From: Ptychomitrium polyphyllum
Taxonomy: Eukaryota
Assembly (NCBI GenBank): GCA_973851085.1
Contig: OZ316775.1
Location: 3,844,001-3,908,000, forward strand
DNA: 64,000 nt
Reading direction: 5' to 3'
Each line of letters starts with the position of its first letter. Within the stretch, counting starts at the first letter, position 1. This document shows, one piece after another, positions 24,589 to 39,700 of the stretch. The notes beneath the pieces were generated by a model, which saw nothing but the letters and a program-made list of their open reading frames with translations, was not told the origin of the DNA and searched no databases. The position numbers and the translations under genes were made by a program.

Positions 24589-27500
24589 AAGTCTGCTCAA
24601 AGTTGGGGTAAAATGAGGCTGTGAGTACTCGGATGTGAAGCAATGTACATTTGGGTGGTGTGAAGAATGTCATTAAAAATGGAATTTGAGAGCTTGAAAG
24701 TGTTCCAGAGAAAAATAGAATGTTCTTTAATCTTTAAATTTAAGCTTTGAATTTAATAGTGTTGTAATTAACTAATCACATGAGCGCCAAGGTTGGTGAT
24801 ATAAGGACCAAGATAGGTGGATTTATCATTACTTTACCAATCATTAATTATGATCAAATTAACATGGAAGGCATAAATTGAGGAATTTTGCATATGTATT
24901 TTAATTGAAAATTAGATTGATTAGATACAAAAACATTTTTTATTTTAAATTGCACCATATCATTAAAACAATAATCAATCCTTTTGGCAAAATAATTCCA
25001 AAATTATTATAAATATCTTAAATTTGTAAAGCATTTTTACACCAATTTTTTTAGAATTTTTTTTCCACAACATTTTAAGTTGCATAAATTTGTAACTTTG
25101 TTTTTGTAAAATTATTTTTAAACTAAAGTTGATGCATATTCAAAATTGTCAAAATTTCATAGCTTGTATATTATTAATATTAATAAACCATATATATATT
25201 TTTTTATAACACCTACTTCAACTATTAAATAGGATAAAAATTTATTAAATTATCTTCAAAAGATATTTCATTGTCAAGAAGTGTAACACTTATTTTATCC
25301 TTTTAAAATCTTTGGAGGCATTCCTTTCTTTAAATCATTTATTTATTTAATAATAATAGTAATTTTGGTAATTTTTGGTAATTTTAATATATTTTTATAA
25401 TACAATTTTACTTTTAATAATCTTTCAATCTTGTTTTTTGTATAATAATGCATGTTTGTAATGTAACTTTCAAAATAATAATTTTTTATTATTTAATTTA
25501 TAATTCCTCATTCTCACTCCAGACACATTAAATTCCTATTATATATTTTAGTTTTTCAGTATTTTGAAAATTAATTTAATTTAAATGATATGATATTAAC
25601 AACAATAATCATTATAGATCACAATATATTAAATTGAATTAAATAAACATGTTAATATAATATTATTTATATTTCTTAATTGAAAAAGGTATACTAATTT
25701 TAGACTGTCATATAAAGAATTGACCTCTAAAAATTCATTAATTAATTTTTTCCAATACCTGTGTTTTTTAAAGATAATATTTAAAATATATCCATTAAAT
25801 GTTTTTCAACTATTTTAATATCTATATTCAATATATAGAGATTTTGGATTAATTTTTTTTGTAATTTTTTAAAAACTTGAAAAAAACTTATGTTCTTTGT
25901 CCATTTCATTTCTTTTATTTTATAATCTAATTTTTTTATTGTAATAATTAAAAAAATTCATCAAAATATATTAGTATACACAATAAGCTAAAAAATGCAT
26001 TTCTTTAAACTTATTTTTTTTAAATCATTCAAATTTACACTTCACTTTTCAATCTACCATTGTAGTTTAACTTTTGTAGACTTTGGTTAGGTAGATTTTT
26101 TAATATTCTTTTATTTATCACAAACTAAATAACTCTGAAAAACATTTAAAAACTAATTTCCAATATCAAATCTTGTTTTGGTTACTTGATACAAAACTTT
26201 ATTATTATTTAGTGAAGTGGTTTTATCACTAAAATAGTATTTTTATATGCTAGAGTTAATTTTTCTAATATATATAGGTATGGATCTAATTTGGCAACTT
26301 AATGTACAAATTCTTCATTGAGTTAAAAGATTCCATTTCTAATTAGTGAGGAAAAAAAAAGAAATCATCCAAAATGATGAAATAGCAAAGGAACAATTTC
26401 CTGTAGATTGAGTTGCTTATAACAATAAAAATAAATAAAATAGCATTGCTATTACTCCATCAATCTTTATTGATAGAAGGTTTGTGAATGGAATTATACG
26501 TCTACTATTGGAATTATGCTTCTAAACCAAGAATTATAGGAGATTAATCTTTATGCTGGATGGAATCAAATTATTCTAAATATTTATATTTAAATACATA
26601 TTCCACATAAACATCTCCATTGCTTTATCATGAAATTGCTTTTATTTTTAGAATAATCCACGCAACTTGGACAAAAGTTTGCAATGTTGAAAGAGAATAT
26701 TGTTCACCTTGGTGACCTTGAGGAAACCTAGTAAAAGCCAAGGCAAAAAATCAGTTCTCACAATCACTACTATGCTCAAACACTATTAGTTGCCAATATA
26801 CCCTTAGCTCAAGCATGGGAAGCAAAATCCATAAAAAGATTCTACGCTGTAGTTCTCAGGAGCCTTCTCCCAGGCATGGCAAACTCGTCCACCACTCCCC
26901 AAGGGTACACACCTCTCGCACAAGCAGAAACAGGGTATCAACAAGATATCGCAGGGTACAGAAAACATATAAGGGCATCACAGAAGTCGTCCGACGGAAT
27001 CTCGTGAAGATTCCACGGACGTCCTAGGAATACCTTCCTGCACGAGGCGCTTGTGTCCGTCGGGCGGAGAATCTTCTGCGCAGGTGATGACTGCGGGGAG
27101 CAGCACGGTAGCAGGGCGACGAACGGGGAGGGCCAAAGTCCGTAGGCCGGAGCAGGGGCCCTATGAGCGCGGGAGCCGGGATGCGCAGGAGAGACGACTG
27201 AAGGCAGACGCATAGGGAGACAGGCACCGAGGCTGTCAAGGTTTTGGCGAGCGTGTGGGCTGGGCCACTACAGGGGCGCCATTCTCCATTCTCCCGAGCT
27301 GCTGATGCTGTTGCTGCGCTGCTGCGTCGACGACGACAACGACGGGCATGGCGCTCTTGCTCTGCTGACACGGCTGCGCTCAGCTTTCTGCCTCTCTTGC
27401 GCTGCATTGCCTTCCAAGGTTCTTCTCACTCCAGCTCTCGACGCAACCCTAAAGCCTCTGCCTCGTGTAGGGGCACCGTGCACAATCCGACAGCTTTGTA

Positions 27501-28932
27501 CAGGAGTTTCACAGCTTGGTACTGGTGCTCGTGATTTTCTCTTTAGTGATGATGATGATGATGCCTAGTTCACGTCAATGCATGAGAATGTCAGGATTTT
27601 GTTATTGGAGAGGTTTATCCGCTTTAAGGGTACTTAGGTTAACTCGTCTTTTTTTCTACGCCAGGTTCGCAGCGGTGGTTGTCTTAGTCGTACTTGTTTT
27701 TTTATAAGAATTTGATACAGTTTGTAAATGATTTTTTTAATATTGAGCTGTTTTTTCTTTGTGAAGAATCGAGTTTTCGTCTCGTGGTATTGGAATCTCT
27801 TCGCGCGTGTTGGTGTTCCCTGTGGTGGGAGTGTTTGAGGTCTTTGAGGTTCAAGTCGGGTTGGTTTGCGACTCATCACTGGTTTCTGGTGAGAGTGGAC
27901 GGCAATGCAGCTGCCTTTTGAGAGTCCGTCTTTGTTCTTGGAAAACATGCAGGAGAAACCAGGCTGGAAGTTGTTGGTTTGATTCTTTTGATTAGGTTGT
28001 TGCCTGTAGCTCGGTAGATTGATTTGATAATTGTTTTTCAGACTAGTTGTCTTCTCTTTTCTATAGGGTTGAAAAGGATTAACATGCAGGAGTGGTGGAG
28101 AGATTTTGTTCTACCGATCATACGTCACGTTAGACATGTGAACTAATTGTGCACGTTTTTCTGGCAGCTTCTCCAAGGACCCGAGTGGGGGTGTGGTGGA
28201 GAGATTACTTGCAACGCATGGTGAAGCAGGTTTGTGGTTTAAATTTGCCGAATATATATGATATACCTGAGCTTCTTATTGAAAGTGTTGTGGGAGAGGC
28301 CCGCCCCTCAAGGTTCTAGTTTGGTGGTGAACGGGGGGAATTATGACATGTCAACCAATCATCAACGGCCGCTTTTTGAATGTAGGCATGATAAATAGTG
28401 GAGTAGTTTATTATTCAGTTTGGAGGTTATAAATTTTAGAAGCCCTGAAATTAAGTTGGGGCTTTCTACAACAGATGGCCTGAGGACTATATAATGATGT
28501 CTTTGTTGGGTCAAGCATAGACATAGGGGCAACGGAGGAGCGCATGACTTTCAGCCCTGCCTGGAGGTCATGCCAGTATTGCCATTTTGGAAATTATTGA
28601 TATGTGGCATCTGGATACGTTCAGAATGCAGATAACGTGGTCCTTACGAAGATAAAATGTACTTTAGTTTGAAGGAGAGTATCTGTGATGATTTCATCAA
28701 AGAGGACTAGTTAGGCAAGGGTGCTGATGATAGCTTTTATCCAAATCAGATCTTTGAGTGGCGGGTTGAAAGTAAATTTAGGTTTAGAGGTTCATGTCTG
28801 GTATGGGTTTTCAAAGAAATTCCAACTGTACTGTCTCACTGGGATTCAAGTCTATCTCCGCGATGAAGATTATGAAGGGAGCTATATGGAACCGTTGATC
28901 ATGGAACACTTGTGAGCACCTCACTAGAGGTC

Positions 28933-31900
28933 ATGGATTTGGATTTGGAGGTGCATGTGGGGCTGGACCCACATGTTGAAACCAGTCGAGAAGAACTAGA
29001 AATTGGTTTACGATCTTCAATCGTTTCTGGTGCAGTGAAGGAAGTGCAAGACCCTGGTTACAAAGTAGAGGAGCCTGCAGTTATAGGCCCTGATAATGCG
29101 AGGTTCTTGGATGCTGGTCCTAATGGGAGTATTCGTGTGTCGTCTACTTCAGTTACTGACTTGCAGCAGGCAGAGGTGGCACTTGCAGTGGACGGCCCCG
29201 GTTCCTATCCTGATGAAATTCTATGGCCCCAGATTTCTATATACAATGCTTCACGGTAAGTTTATTTCTGTGAACAGCGGAAGTTGATTTATATGATTTA
29301 CGTTTCCAGACAGTGTTGATATGTGGTGTTTCTTATTGGTTAGCCGCGTGCGACTCACAGATAATTTTACAGCAGCTTTACTTTGTTGGCTTCATCCACT
29401 TTTGAATTGTATTCTAGCTATAAGCTACTTCCCTGCAACAGTTCTTTACGAGTTGATACCCTACGAAAGTTTGATACGTTTGGCTTTCATTATGAGGGAC
29501 ATAATCTGAATATGATATCTTGCTGAGCTAGGGTTGTTTTGTACAGTGAGGGTACAGGTGGAGAGGCCGACCTGCTGGGAACAATCAACTTAACATCCGG
29601 TATTTTGTTCTTCGTTTCTCAATCAGCCAATTTCTGCCTTTCAAACTTGCACAATTTATCTAGGTAAATTATTTTCAGCTTGCAATGATCATGTTGTCTC
29701 TTGATATCTAGAAGTAGCCTTTATGTAGAAGTTCCGCTAATCTAAGGCAGGAATCTGATTTTCTAAATCCATCTTTCTTGCAGATGAAGTACATTATGGA
29801 GAAGCTCCTATCTTTCGTCAGCCACGGAATGATGTGCCTACTTCATATTCAATTCTTCCGTTGGAACGACTCTCAGGAATTTTCAAACACACGCATAAGG
29901 CTGTGAAAGACTCTCCTTCTAAAATCAATTTTTATGAAACTGATGCACCAATTTGTAAACTAATCCAAGATATAAAACATCACGAGAAGGTTATGCCAAT
30001 TGCTACTGAATCAGGGGATGGCTCTAAAGATACTTTTTTGCAGAAACAAAATCCAGAAACGTTGTGTGTAGAGTTCCCTAAAGCCACTCCCGAGCCACCT
30101 TCTGTACATAAGGAGCATTCCATTGGTAAAGTTTGTGCAGAGGTAAAGTATTCAGAACCGACCGAAGCAGCTCAACTTGAAAGTGAGGGACCAAATTCTG
30201 GATCTAGTGCTTTGCCTACAACCTTCTCTGGTCTTTTTCAATCGATACTTGCGTCAGAGAACCCTTCGTCTCAACTGGTGGAAACAGCCAGTCTGCCAAA
30301 TGGGCTATTGGCTACCTCTTCCACTGTTTCTGGACTCAATAACCAAGCTATTATGGATATTACGAATACTACCACAAGGTTGATGCTTGATAGTTTGAAC
30401 CAACCACAACGTAGGGTTGAGCCTCCTGATCTTTTACGAGTGGAGAATGCACTAGAGTCGAGTAATAGGATGAAATCTAATACGGTAGTCCCCGCTCTAG
30501 GAGGCTGGCCAGAATCTCTGCGAATCCGGAGTGCTTCTCAGCCATTTAATCGAGAAGCACGGGTAGCGTCAGCAGCAAACACAGTCTCAGCAGCTGCTTC
30601 GGCAGCCCAAACTGCTGTGCAAGCAGCAGAGGCGTCAATTGAGGCGCTAGCACAGCTTGGAATTGACAACGGCAGCCTATATCAAGGGAGAAATAGTTTT
30701 CTAAGACCACGGCCTTTACAGGTGCTATAATCGTTGAAGTATAAACTTTGAATTTTTACAAGTCCTTTTGCATTGTTGTGATAGATGATGTTCTGCATGA
30801 ATTACTTAGTTGGCAGAGTTTGGCAAATGTAGAATTTGGCAATCATTCTGTGCTGAAGTGTCTATTCTGTTGCTTTATGCTCTATCAGAATCTTTTCTTG
30901 AATGCTGTTATATTCAGAGCAATCATGAATTTAAAGAGAAGTATTTTCATCTTGTAAACCCCGTAAGCCCTGGCTGAACTTCGTCAATAAGCTGCGTAAT
31001 CAACAGAATTGATAGCTTGAAGTTACAAGACTTTTGAAGCTTAATTTTGCAGATCATTACATGGAAGGGCGAGATGCATGTCCAAAGAGTCCATTCCAGT
31101 CGAGCACCGTATTTGTCCAATTGAGTTCTAGCCATACAAGCGCAGTTACATTTAAGAACTTCCCTTTGAAGTGGGACCACCACAAACTTAGCAGTTAGAA
31201 CCATGCTTAACAATTTCTATGGTGCATTTCTTGGTTTGGGAGGTAAGTGTTAAAGTGAAGTTAGGGACCCTGTATTTGGACAATCCAATCGAGGACTAAG
31301 CAATAGGACAATCATTCATGTGCAGGTGGCATCTGGAAGCAGCCCTGTGGTTGCAGGTGTGAAAAGAACGTTACAAGGTCATTTTTATCTTGATAACGGG
31401 AAGTGTATTCCCAGTATTGCAAGGAGGGACCAGCGTGACAATAAAATAATAAGCCTTGATGATACCGATTAATTTCTGTTCTGAGAATGGGCATTCCATA
31501 TGTCATATAGATAACATGAGAATTGAGAACAACTGTATGCAACAGAAAGCACAATATCTTTGACAAATAAATAACCTTCCTCAATGAAGAGCAAGCCGTA
31601 GACCGATTGAATGTAATTAATATTGTGTACAATGTTGATGATAGGGTTATTTGTGAAGATAAAGTTTGCGAAGCTTTAAAGTGATGAATTATCTAACCAG
31701 TTTTTGTTTATGCAAACTGTTTCATTAATTCCTGCAGATCAGAGGCTTCCGATTGTTGAGCGAAATGGTGGCAAGATTGCGACAGGCGCATTAGATTTGA
31801 TTAAAATTGGTTCAACTATTGAGGTCAGAATTGTTGATTTCCGTAATTTCCTTGTTTAACGGCAAGTGGTAGCTGGAACAATTATCGAAAATTTGCCTTT

Positions 31901-34525
31901 CCCTCACCCCCCCGCTGTATACAGAAGTTGTAAACCTTTGCCAGCATTTTTTGTTCAAGCACATTGAGTTACCAATATGATTTGTTATGGGGTTGTAGGT
32001 CATGCCCCAAGAAGACGGCTTGCAAGGCGGGTGGTTCGTTGCAAAAGTTCTTTTAATGACACCCAAAGAAGCGCTGGTCGCATATGACGACTTGATGACA
32101 GATGATGGTCTGTTATCTTTAATTCTCGAATTTTCTTGCATATTGAACTCAACTAATTAGGCGATATTTACTTTTCCTGTTGCATACAGACAGGAGATAA
32201 ACCTCCTGTTTTGAAAATACGTACCCTGTCCGGTTTCTAGCTTGTGTTTCCTATTTTGTTCGCTCTTTGATCCTATTACCTTTTCGCTTGCTCTTTTTTG
32301 ATTTATATTAGATCTGAAATCCTAACGTCATTTAGATATAATGATACTGTTCAACAATTGACAGAAACCACTTAGAAAATATTCTTCACCACTTTCCTTA
32401 TTTGGGAAATGAAAATACTGAAGAATGCATATGCAAATATTTTGATAGAGCACTCGATCTTCGTGCAGGCTGCTCTCATCTTGAGGAATCATTTCCTCTT
32501 CATTCCTGGAGAGAAGAGGACACATTTGGAACCACAGTGCCCGATGCCCAGGGATGGATACGACCAGTGCACCCTTTCTCAAGCTCACAGAAGCGTGGTC
32601 ATTTTACTATGGTTCGTGAAAATTGGGTGGTTGGAGACCATATCGATGCTTTTGTTGAGGATGGGTAATTGCCTCCACGAATTTCTAGTTATCCATGAGT
32701 TTTTTGTCATCATTACCAGTCTAACTTAGAGCAAGAACTCACAGTTGTAACGTTGCATATATTAGTTCTTTTGTACCTTGATTTTTATCTACTGTTCGCA
32801 AATATTAAAGATTTTGGTGTATATGTAAAGGTGGTGGGAAGGAATCGTTGAAGACCTAAATGAAGCCGATGAAACAAGGATCACTGTATTCTTTCCAGGT
32901 CAGCAGTTGTGATTTTTTATGCTGAGCGCATACATACATGTCTTTGACAATCACGTGGCACGACTGGTGCCTGTGGCAGTTCATGACATATCCAGGTTCA
33001 TTGTTTAGCTGCTTATCTTATTTAGATAGGTTATGAAGGTGGACTACTTTTACCCTGACAATCGCAGGATAATAGTGCTTAATATACGTATCATTATGTT
33101 GAGTGTGCAATAGTGATGATGTCAACGATTCTGTTAGTACACCAAGTTTAACAAATAACACGGATAGTATATGCAGTTTCTAGTCACTGGAGGTTTTCCT
33201 TTCAGACGCAAGTTGTTTCAACTGGTAATGAGCGTATCACCATAGATAAAAGTGATCATAGCTTAAATTTTTCTTTTGAGTTATCCTGAAAGTGGTGTTA
33301 GAATATGGCAATTGAAGTTGTAATCATATATGTAATTTCCTTAGATCTTGTTGATTTTGCCTTGAAAAAAATATTCTGGCCTGAACAGGAGATAGCAGCA
33401 CAGTGGTTGTGAGAGCTTGGAACGTGAGGCCGTCCTTGATTTGGAAGAAGGGTGAATGGAGGCCACGCAGAGGAGATTCAGTGGAGCAGGTCCAGTTCAT
33501 AATCCCTGAAATTCGCATTTCTGTCTGTTTCTGAATACAATCCCTTAGTTTTTTGGGGTATTGATGATGAGTGTGGCTTTGGTTATAGGATGGTCCTCCT
33601 TCAAAGTGGCAAAAGACAAGCACTTCTAAAGGTAAGGTGGAGAGGGAGCAGACGAAGATGAATGTGGCAGCTACTAGAAATCCTGTGCAGGAGCATAAAA
33701 AGACTGTTGAACGACTTGCAGTGGCTTCAACAAGACAGTCACCTGGAGTGAGCAGAAACAGTGGGATGGTTTTGTATTCAAATAACACAGGTACTGGTCA
33801 AGTTCTAGTTACTCCTGTAAGGGAGCTAAGGAGTAGAACTCGATCTAATGCAAGTACAGCTCAGACAAAGGCACCTGTGAGTTGCAGTAAGACACCTACT
33901 TTAAAGAAGCCTTCTGTTAACGCTCCTGCTTCGAAAGGCACAATCAATGGTAGTTCTCCACTTCCCAGATCCCAGCAGTTAGAGATGGCTGTGACCCCGG
34001 AACCTTCATGGGATGTCAGACGTCTATCTACAAGATTACAGCAGAAAGAGTCACAGAGTCCGGAAGCTGCAGTAGGAGGAAAAACCTCCTCTTCAAGATC
34101 ATTGAAGAAAGAAGTATTAGTGTCTCCCAAAATCACAGTGCGAAGAAAGACTTCCTCCAGAAGGTCACATCATAAAGAAGTAATCGAAATTCCCCCAAAC
34201 TCAGCGAGAGGAAAGGCTCTAGTCATAATACCTCAGCCAAATGAAGCGCCTCAAACTCGTGCTCGCACTCGTTCACAGATACTGGCAGCAAAGCAGGTAT
34301 GCATCTCTAATCTGTGATCAAATTGCAAGTGTGTGCACAACCATCTTCTTGGACTGGACATGAAATATCTTTGAAGCTCTTATTCATTTTTTGGTTGTGA
34401 AGAAGTGTCTCATGACTACTTATTCACACAATGAACGATCTCCAGGCTTTGGTTGAGTTTAGCTACCATAGTTAAATGGCGAGGTCACTAAGATGCAGGT
34501 TTGACCCTGGGTTGTGCAGGGATGA
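28933..34525 (+). CDS. Agenet/Tudor-like domain protein (putative chromatin reader), multi-exon, with 5' UTR exons back to about 27500
   Basis: Spliced segments give IKIGSTIE|VMPQEDGLQGGWFVAKVL...LVAYDDLMTDDG...WIRPVHP...WVVGDHIDAFVEDG|WWEGIVEDL...ITVFFPG...NVRPSLIWKKGEW (tandem Agenet). Large exons at about 29784-30721 and 33589-34296. The start and last exon (GGA TGA at 34520-34525) are less certain. Confidence 0.85.
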
Positions 34526-35747
34526 CAGGAACAGAAGATGGAAAGGGCACAGTTAGGGTGTTCATACTGGAAAGCTTGCCTTAAGTCATACGATAGGCTG
34601 AACGATATGACAAGAAGGTAGACCTTTCGTTTCGGTTAGTGAGAGTCATTGACAGACTACTGATACGACAGGCAATTACTGCGGAACTTCTGATGAACAC
34701 GGCGCCCAAGTTTACCAAGTTTCTTGTGAGGGTGATTCTTGTCCAAGCCTTTTTGTGGAACGATCGGTTGCTGCAATTGATTGTAAGGCCCAAAGCAGAG
34801 CACTGGGCCTTTTTAAACAATTGCATGTAAATCATGTGTAGCATAAACCATTCAGATATTTTAACTGGTGAATTGAATTGCGGAAGGTCACTGCTTTATT
34901 ACACCATACAGACTTTCATTATTTCATTTTTGATACTCTGTTGTTAGTGTGAATCTGATTTCACTTGGATTTCACAAGTTCACCCAGGAATGACACAGGG
35001 ATAAATCATGCGAGGTTCCCTATAGATCCTTAGTTCTTTGGCCTTCGGTAACCTTAAGCTGTGCAGCAATTTAATGGTCACCTACCCTGGATTTTTCGTA
35101 TTTTGTGGGTCATCCTGCTGAATTTGTTCTAGCCGCGTATATACTACTATTGTTGCTTGTTCATCCCTTGAACGCACCGTACCATGTATAGTTCAGTACA
35201 CCGCTTTATACCCTTGCAAAGCTTAGCCCTCTAAAATCTGGATAGGCTAATTGAGGATCATTTTGCCAAATGTGAGACTAGAAAAGGGGAAGTCTTGATT
35301 CATTGAATTTGTGATACAGAAGCCTGTGTTGCTTGTGATAGCATCAACCTGTAATGAAAACATCGTAAACATCATCCAAACTACACTAAACATGCGGCTT
35401 AGTGTCAATCACTCTAAATAATATTTAGTTTTACACATGATGGAATTTTTTACCAACAACAAAGATGTTGATATCATTCATATAAAAGGATCTATAAACA
35501 TGGTTTCCAAAAGGTAACCAAAATCACCACATCTTAGGGCCACAATCTTTACAAAAGGGTATAGTAATATTGTTTTTTGCATACTTACTATTGTTCTTTT
35601 GACAAACTTGAAAATTATAACTTAATGTATAACTTCTTTGAAAATAATTATTGTATGCAAGGTTAATTTTGAAATTGTCTCATTTAATCACCTATAATAT
35701 ACAATGATTCTATTAAATTAGAAGTGTTTTAATTCATAATGCAGCAA

Positions 35748-35797
35748 CTATTAAAAAAATTTTAGGGTGTACCTATTAAAAAAATTTTAGGGTGTAC
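35748..35797. repeat. Perfect 25-bp tandem duplication
   Basis: CTATTAAAAAAATTTTAGGGTGTAC occurs twice head to tail. Confidence 0.9.
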
Positions 35798-36763
35798 CTT
35801 AATTCATTCTTAGGTACTACACTTTTTATTTTCCTAAGGTTGGTGACATAACTGATTTATACAATATTATGGCTTTTAACTATATACAAATATTTTTAAT
35901 AATTATATTTGCAAAGCTTATTTAGCATGAATATCACATAACTTTTTCCTATTATGTACATAATGATCCTTCAAACATGACACTTTCAATATCTTTATTT
36001 TTGGTAAAAATATCTTGCAAAAGAATGGCATATTAGTCAAAAGTATCTAGTATGGATGGCACTAATAGAAAAATTATAGGTTTGTAGGAAAAATTGTCAC
36101 TCACACCAAAAAGTCATAGCCTAATGTAAATGAGTTCAGGTTGCACTTTTTCTCTGGCGACAAACTGTGTTAAGTGATTCCTCAAATCAGGAAGGGATGT
36201 AAGAGGTTGGAACGACACTTCCTGTAGGCAGAGGAAAATTACTGGTTCAACACTAGTTCAGGTTGCCAGACCAAGGAGAACAAAGAGTGTGGAAGCAGAC
36301 AACAGTCGAACACGACCAGCATAATAAGGTAATTACAAAATGATCTATAAAAAAGCATTCCAGAAAATAAATAAGCATGTCCAGTGGAACAAAGCCCAAA
36401 CAAGGGTTTCCATCGCCTTCAATTTATTATTGCCTCAGCTAAGAGGGTTAAATGAAATCATAAAAGAGAATCAGCTCCTCTGGTCAGGCAGGCTTGAAGA
36501 GTGCCTGTCACCATGTCACTGCCAACTCCGATTCCCCTCCCCAAAGGAATGGTTGCAAGCACGCTAGTGAACTTAAAAGAAGCTAATCGTGAAATGAATA
36601 AAGGTATACCCTTCTGGCCTGGATGTGGTCAAATCCACATGATCCAATTCGAATGCTATAGTGCATCAAAATCCGCTACTCTTTACGGTCAACTTCTACG
36701 AATAAATCGTCTAGTTGCCGGAAACTCATGAAAGTTAATAAAATTGTACAGAGGAAGGATTGA

Positions 36764-39700
36764 TCAGAACTTCTTTTCTTCTACAGTGGGAGCAAAGCTA
36801 ACGGTCTTACCGATGGGTATATAGTCAACCTCTCCACTGAAGTTGGTGGGAGTGTATCGACCAGGTGGTGGAGGCGGCGGACCACCCATGAAGCCACTCA
36901 TACCCATGTTGGGAGGTCTTGGCGTAAGAAACGAGGGCGGACTCTTCGTTCTGTATGCACCAGGGAAGTCTGAACTTTCCGTATCAGGATCATACTCGCC
37001 ACTTCTGATGTTAGGAAGGTTGAAGTGTTGGCTGGCGAGCGCAGGTGGCTTGAAGGTAGGCACTGGAGCCGGATCTGAAGGACCCTCATTAAAGTCCATC
37101 AAGTCATCCACATAGTCTTCTTCTTCGGCAATTGTCGAATGTTCACCACTTTGAATGCTCGGAAGGTTGTTCCCGTGTCGTGATGCGGTCGTGTTCTGGT
37201 TATGGAACGAGCGAAGTCCAGAGTTGGAGCTGTAATCGTCAAACTCGCCACTATCGCCTGAGTACCTAGTGGTGCCGCCGTGTTCGCTGCCGTACTCGGA
37301 CTGATCCTCCAACCGCTGTCCTGGTTTCATCCCCTGGTAGAGCTGGCCTCTGTCTGAATCGCTTTCAAGTGCCCGGACAACCTGGCAGAAGAGAGAAGCC
37401 AATGCCTATTGTTAGTACCTAGATAATAGGTGGAAGCCAAAAAGAAAGCAGCAGGCAGAACTGAGGAAGGAATTTCTTGTTTCGACTGAGGGATATCTTC
37501 GGACTAACTTACCTGTGCCATTCTTGGGCGCTTCAGAGCAGAATGTCTAACACAAGCAGCCGCAGTCTCAATGACACGCATCATTTCATGGCGGTCATAA
37601 TTGCCATTCAAATTGGGGTCCACTAGATCCTCCAGATGTCCATCCTGAAGAATCTGATTCACCACAGGCCTTGCCCATTCCACCAAACTCTCGAATCCTG
37701 CTTCTTGGCTCATATCGATAGGTCTCCTCCCAGTTACCAATTCCAACAGCACAACACCGAAGGAGAAGACATCTGACCTATCGGTCAGCTTTCCACTGGC
37801 GGCATATTCTGGTGCCAAATAACCGAAGGTTCCCATCACTCTAGTCGAAACATGGGTGTTGGTATCTGAGGACAGCTTTGCCAATCCGAAATCCGCGACC
37901 TGGTTCATGCAAAGCAGCCCAGGTCAGCTGAAGATGATCCTGGCCGAGAACATACAATAGAAGGCCTTCGACAAATTAATACGAACTCAGTAAAAATCAA
38001 TCCTACTTCTGACATTCGAGCTCATTCGTACCTGAGCTTCAAAGTTCTCTTCGAGAAGAATATTGGAGGATTTGATGTCCCGATGGATGATTTTAGGGTG
38101 ACAATCCTCGTGTAAATATGCAAGACCCCGAGCGCATCCAAGACCAATTTTAAGCCTCGTACTCCACTCCATGATAGGCATGTCGGTGTCTAATCACAAC
38201 GTACATGTTAGTTTCAAGGACTAAAATTATATTGTTTGGCTGTAAACAACCATGTGGCTTAAATCAACATACGATTCATGACACAACGAATGGAGTTTCA
38301 ATGCTGAGGATGTACTCACTATGCAGATTGTTTTCCAATGTACCATTCGGCACGAATTCATACACAAGCAGGCGCTGTTTGTCAGCCACACAATACCCAA
38401 CGAGCGAGACCAGATGTCGATGATGAACCCTGCTGATGACCTCAACTTCAGCTCGAAACTCTCGCTCGCCCTGCCCTCCACCAACAGTGAGCTGCTTCAC
38501 GGCTACAACCGTTCCATTGGGCAACACCCCTTTGTACACGCGGCCAAAGCCACCCTCGCCAAGAAGGTTGTCCTTCGAGAAGTTATCAGTTGCAGTTGCC
38601 AATTCGCTGTATGTGAAGTAAGACCTTGAGTTGCCCACCTTGTCTGAACCAGAAGGTGGTGGAGGTATATCCCCATTGGTACTGCCAGAATGCATTCCCC
38701 ATGAATCTGGAGCATCTGAACTTTTGTACTGGGCGCCCGTGAGCGGCATCGTAGCAATGGAAGAGCCTTTGTATGAGAATCCATCATCGTTGATACCCTT
38801 CCGTTTCTTCTTCCTACAACAGATGATAAAGAAGCAGACCAAAACCATAAGGGCTATAACCCCTCCGGCCGCCCCTACAATCAGTGCAACATTTGAAACT
38901 CCAGATGCTGAGGCTTGCGGCCCAGGAACTGCCGCCACAGGACCAGACACAACTGGCGGAGGAGGTGTATAAAAATTAGGAGTGTCGATTCTAGGAATAG
39001 TAGCTGGAGCAAACCCAGGAGGCGCAGGCGAAGGGGGTGACACTATAGGAGCAAGAGATGGTGGGACGGATGGAGGGGCCGCAGCATTTTTGGGAGGCGG
39101 AGCATGTGTAGGGGGATGAGCTTTAGAAGGACGAGGTGCGTCAGGAGGGGGAGGGGTTCCACGAGGAGAAGGGGCTTGAGGAGGAGAAGCATTTGGAGAG
39201 GGAGGGGGAGCAGGAGGAGAAACATTCGGAGGGGGAGGGAATTGAGAAGGAGGAGGAGCAGAAGGAGGTGATAACTGCGGAGGAGGAGCAGAAGGAGGTG
39301 ATAACTGCGGAGGAGGTGCTAGAGGAGGCGCCGCAGGTGGTGTGGATTGCGGCGGTGGTGACTGCGGAGGAGGAGCAGCTGGTGGTGGTGACAAAATGGC
39401 TGGCGGTGGAGCGACAGGAGGAGAAGTAGCAGAGGGAGGAGAAGCAGGGGGAGGAGAAGCAGGGGGAGGAGATAAAACTGGCGGTGGCACTGGTGGCGAC
39501 TGGACAGGGGGAGGAGACGCTGGCGGTGGCGATGGATCAGGGGGTGGAGCTGAATTTGCAGGCGGCGGTGATGGTGGGGAAGGCACAGGAGGAGCTGTTG
39601 CTGGTGGCGGCGCTAGTGGGGGCTGAGTAGCAGTTGGGGGATTCACAGCAGCTGGGGGTGGAGAACTGTTAGCAGTAGGAGACATAGTACCATCAGCAGG

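Noticed and set aside
24374..24673. 99-aa ORF with PGPL repeats
   Set aside because: Product of the 12-bp minisatellite, with no other coding evidence.
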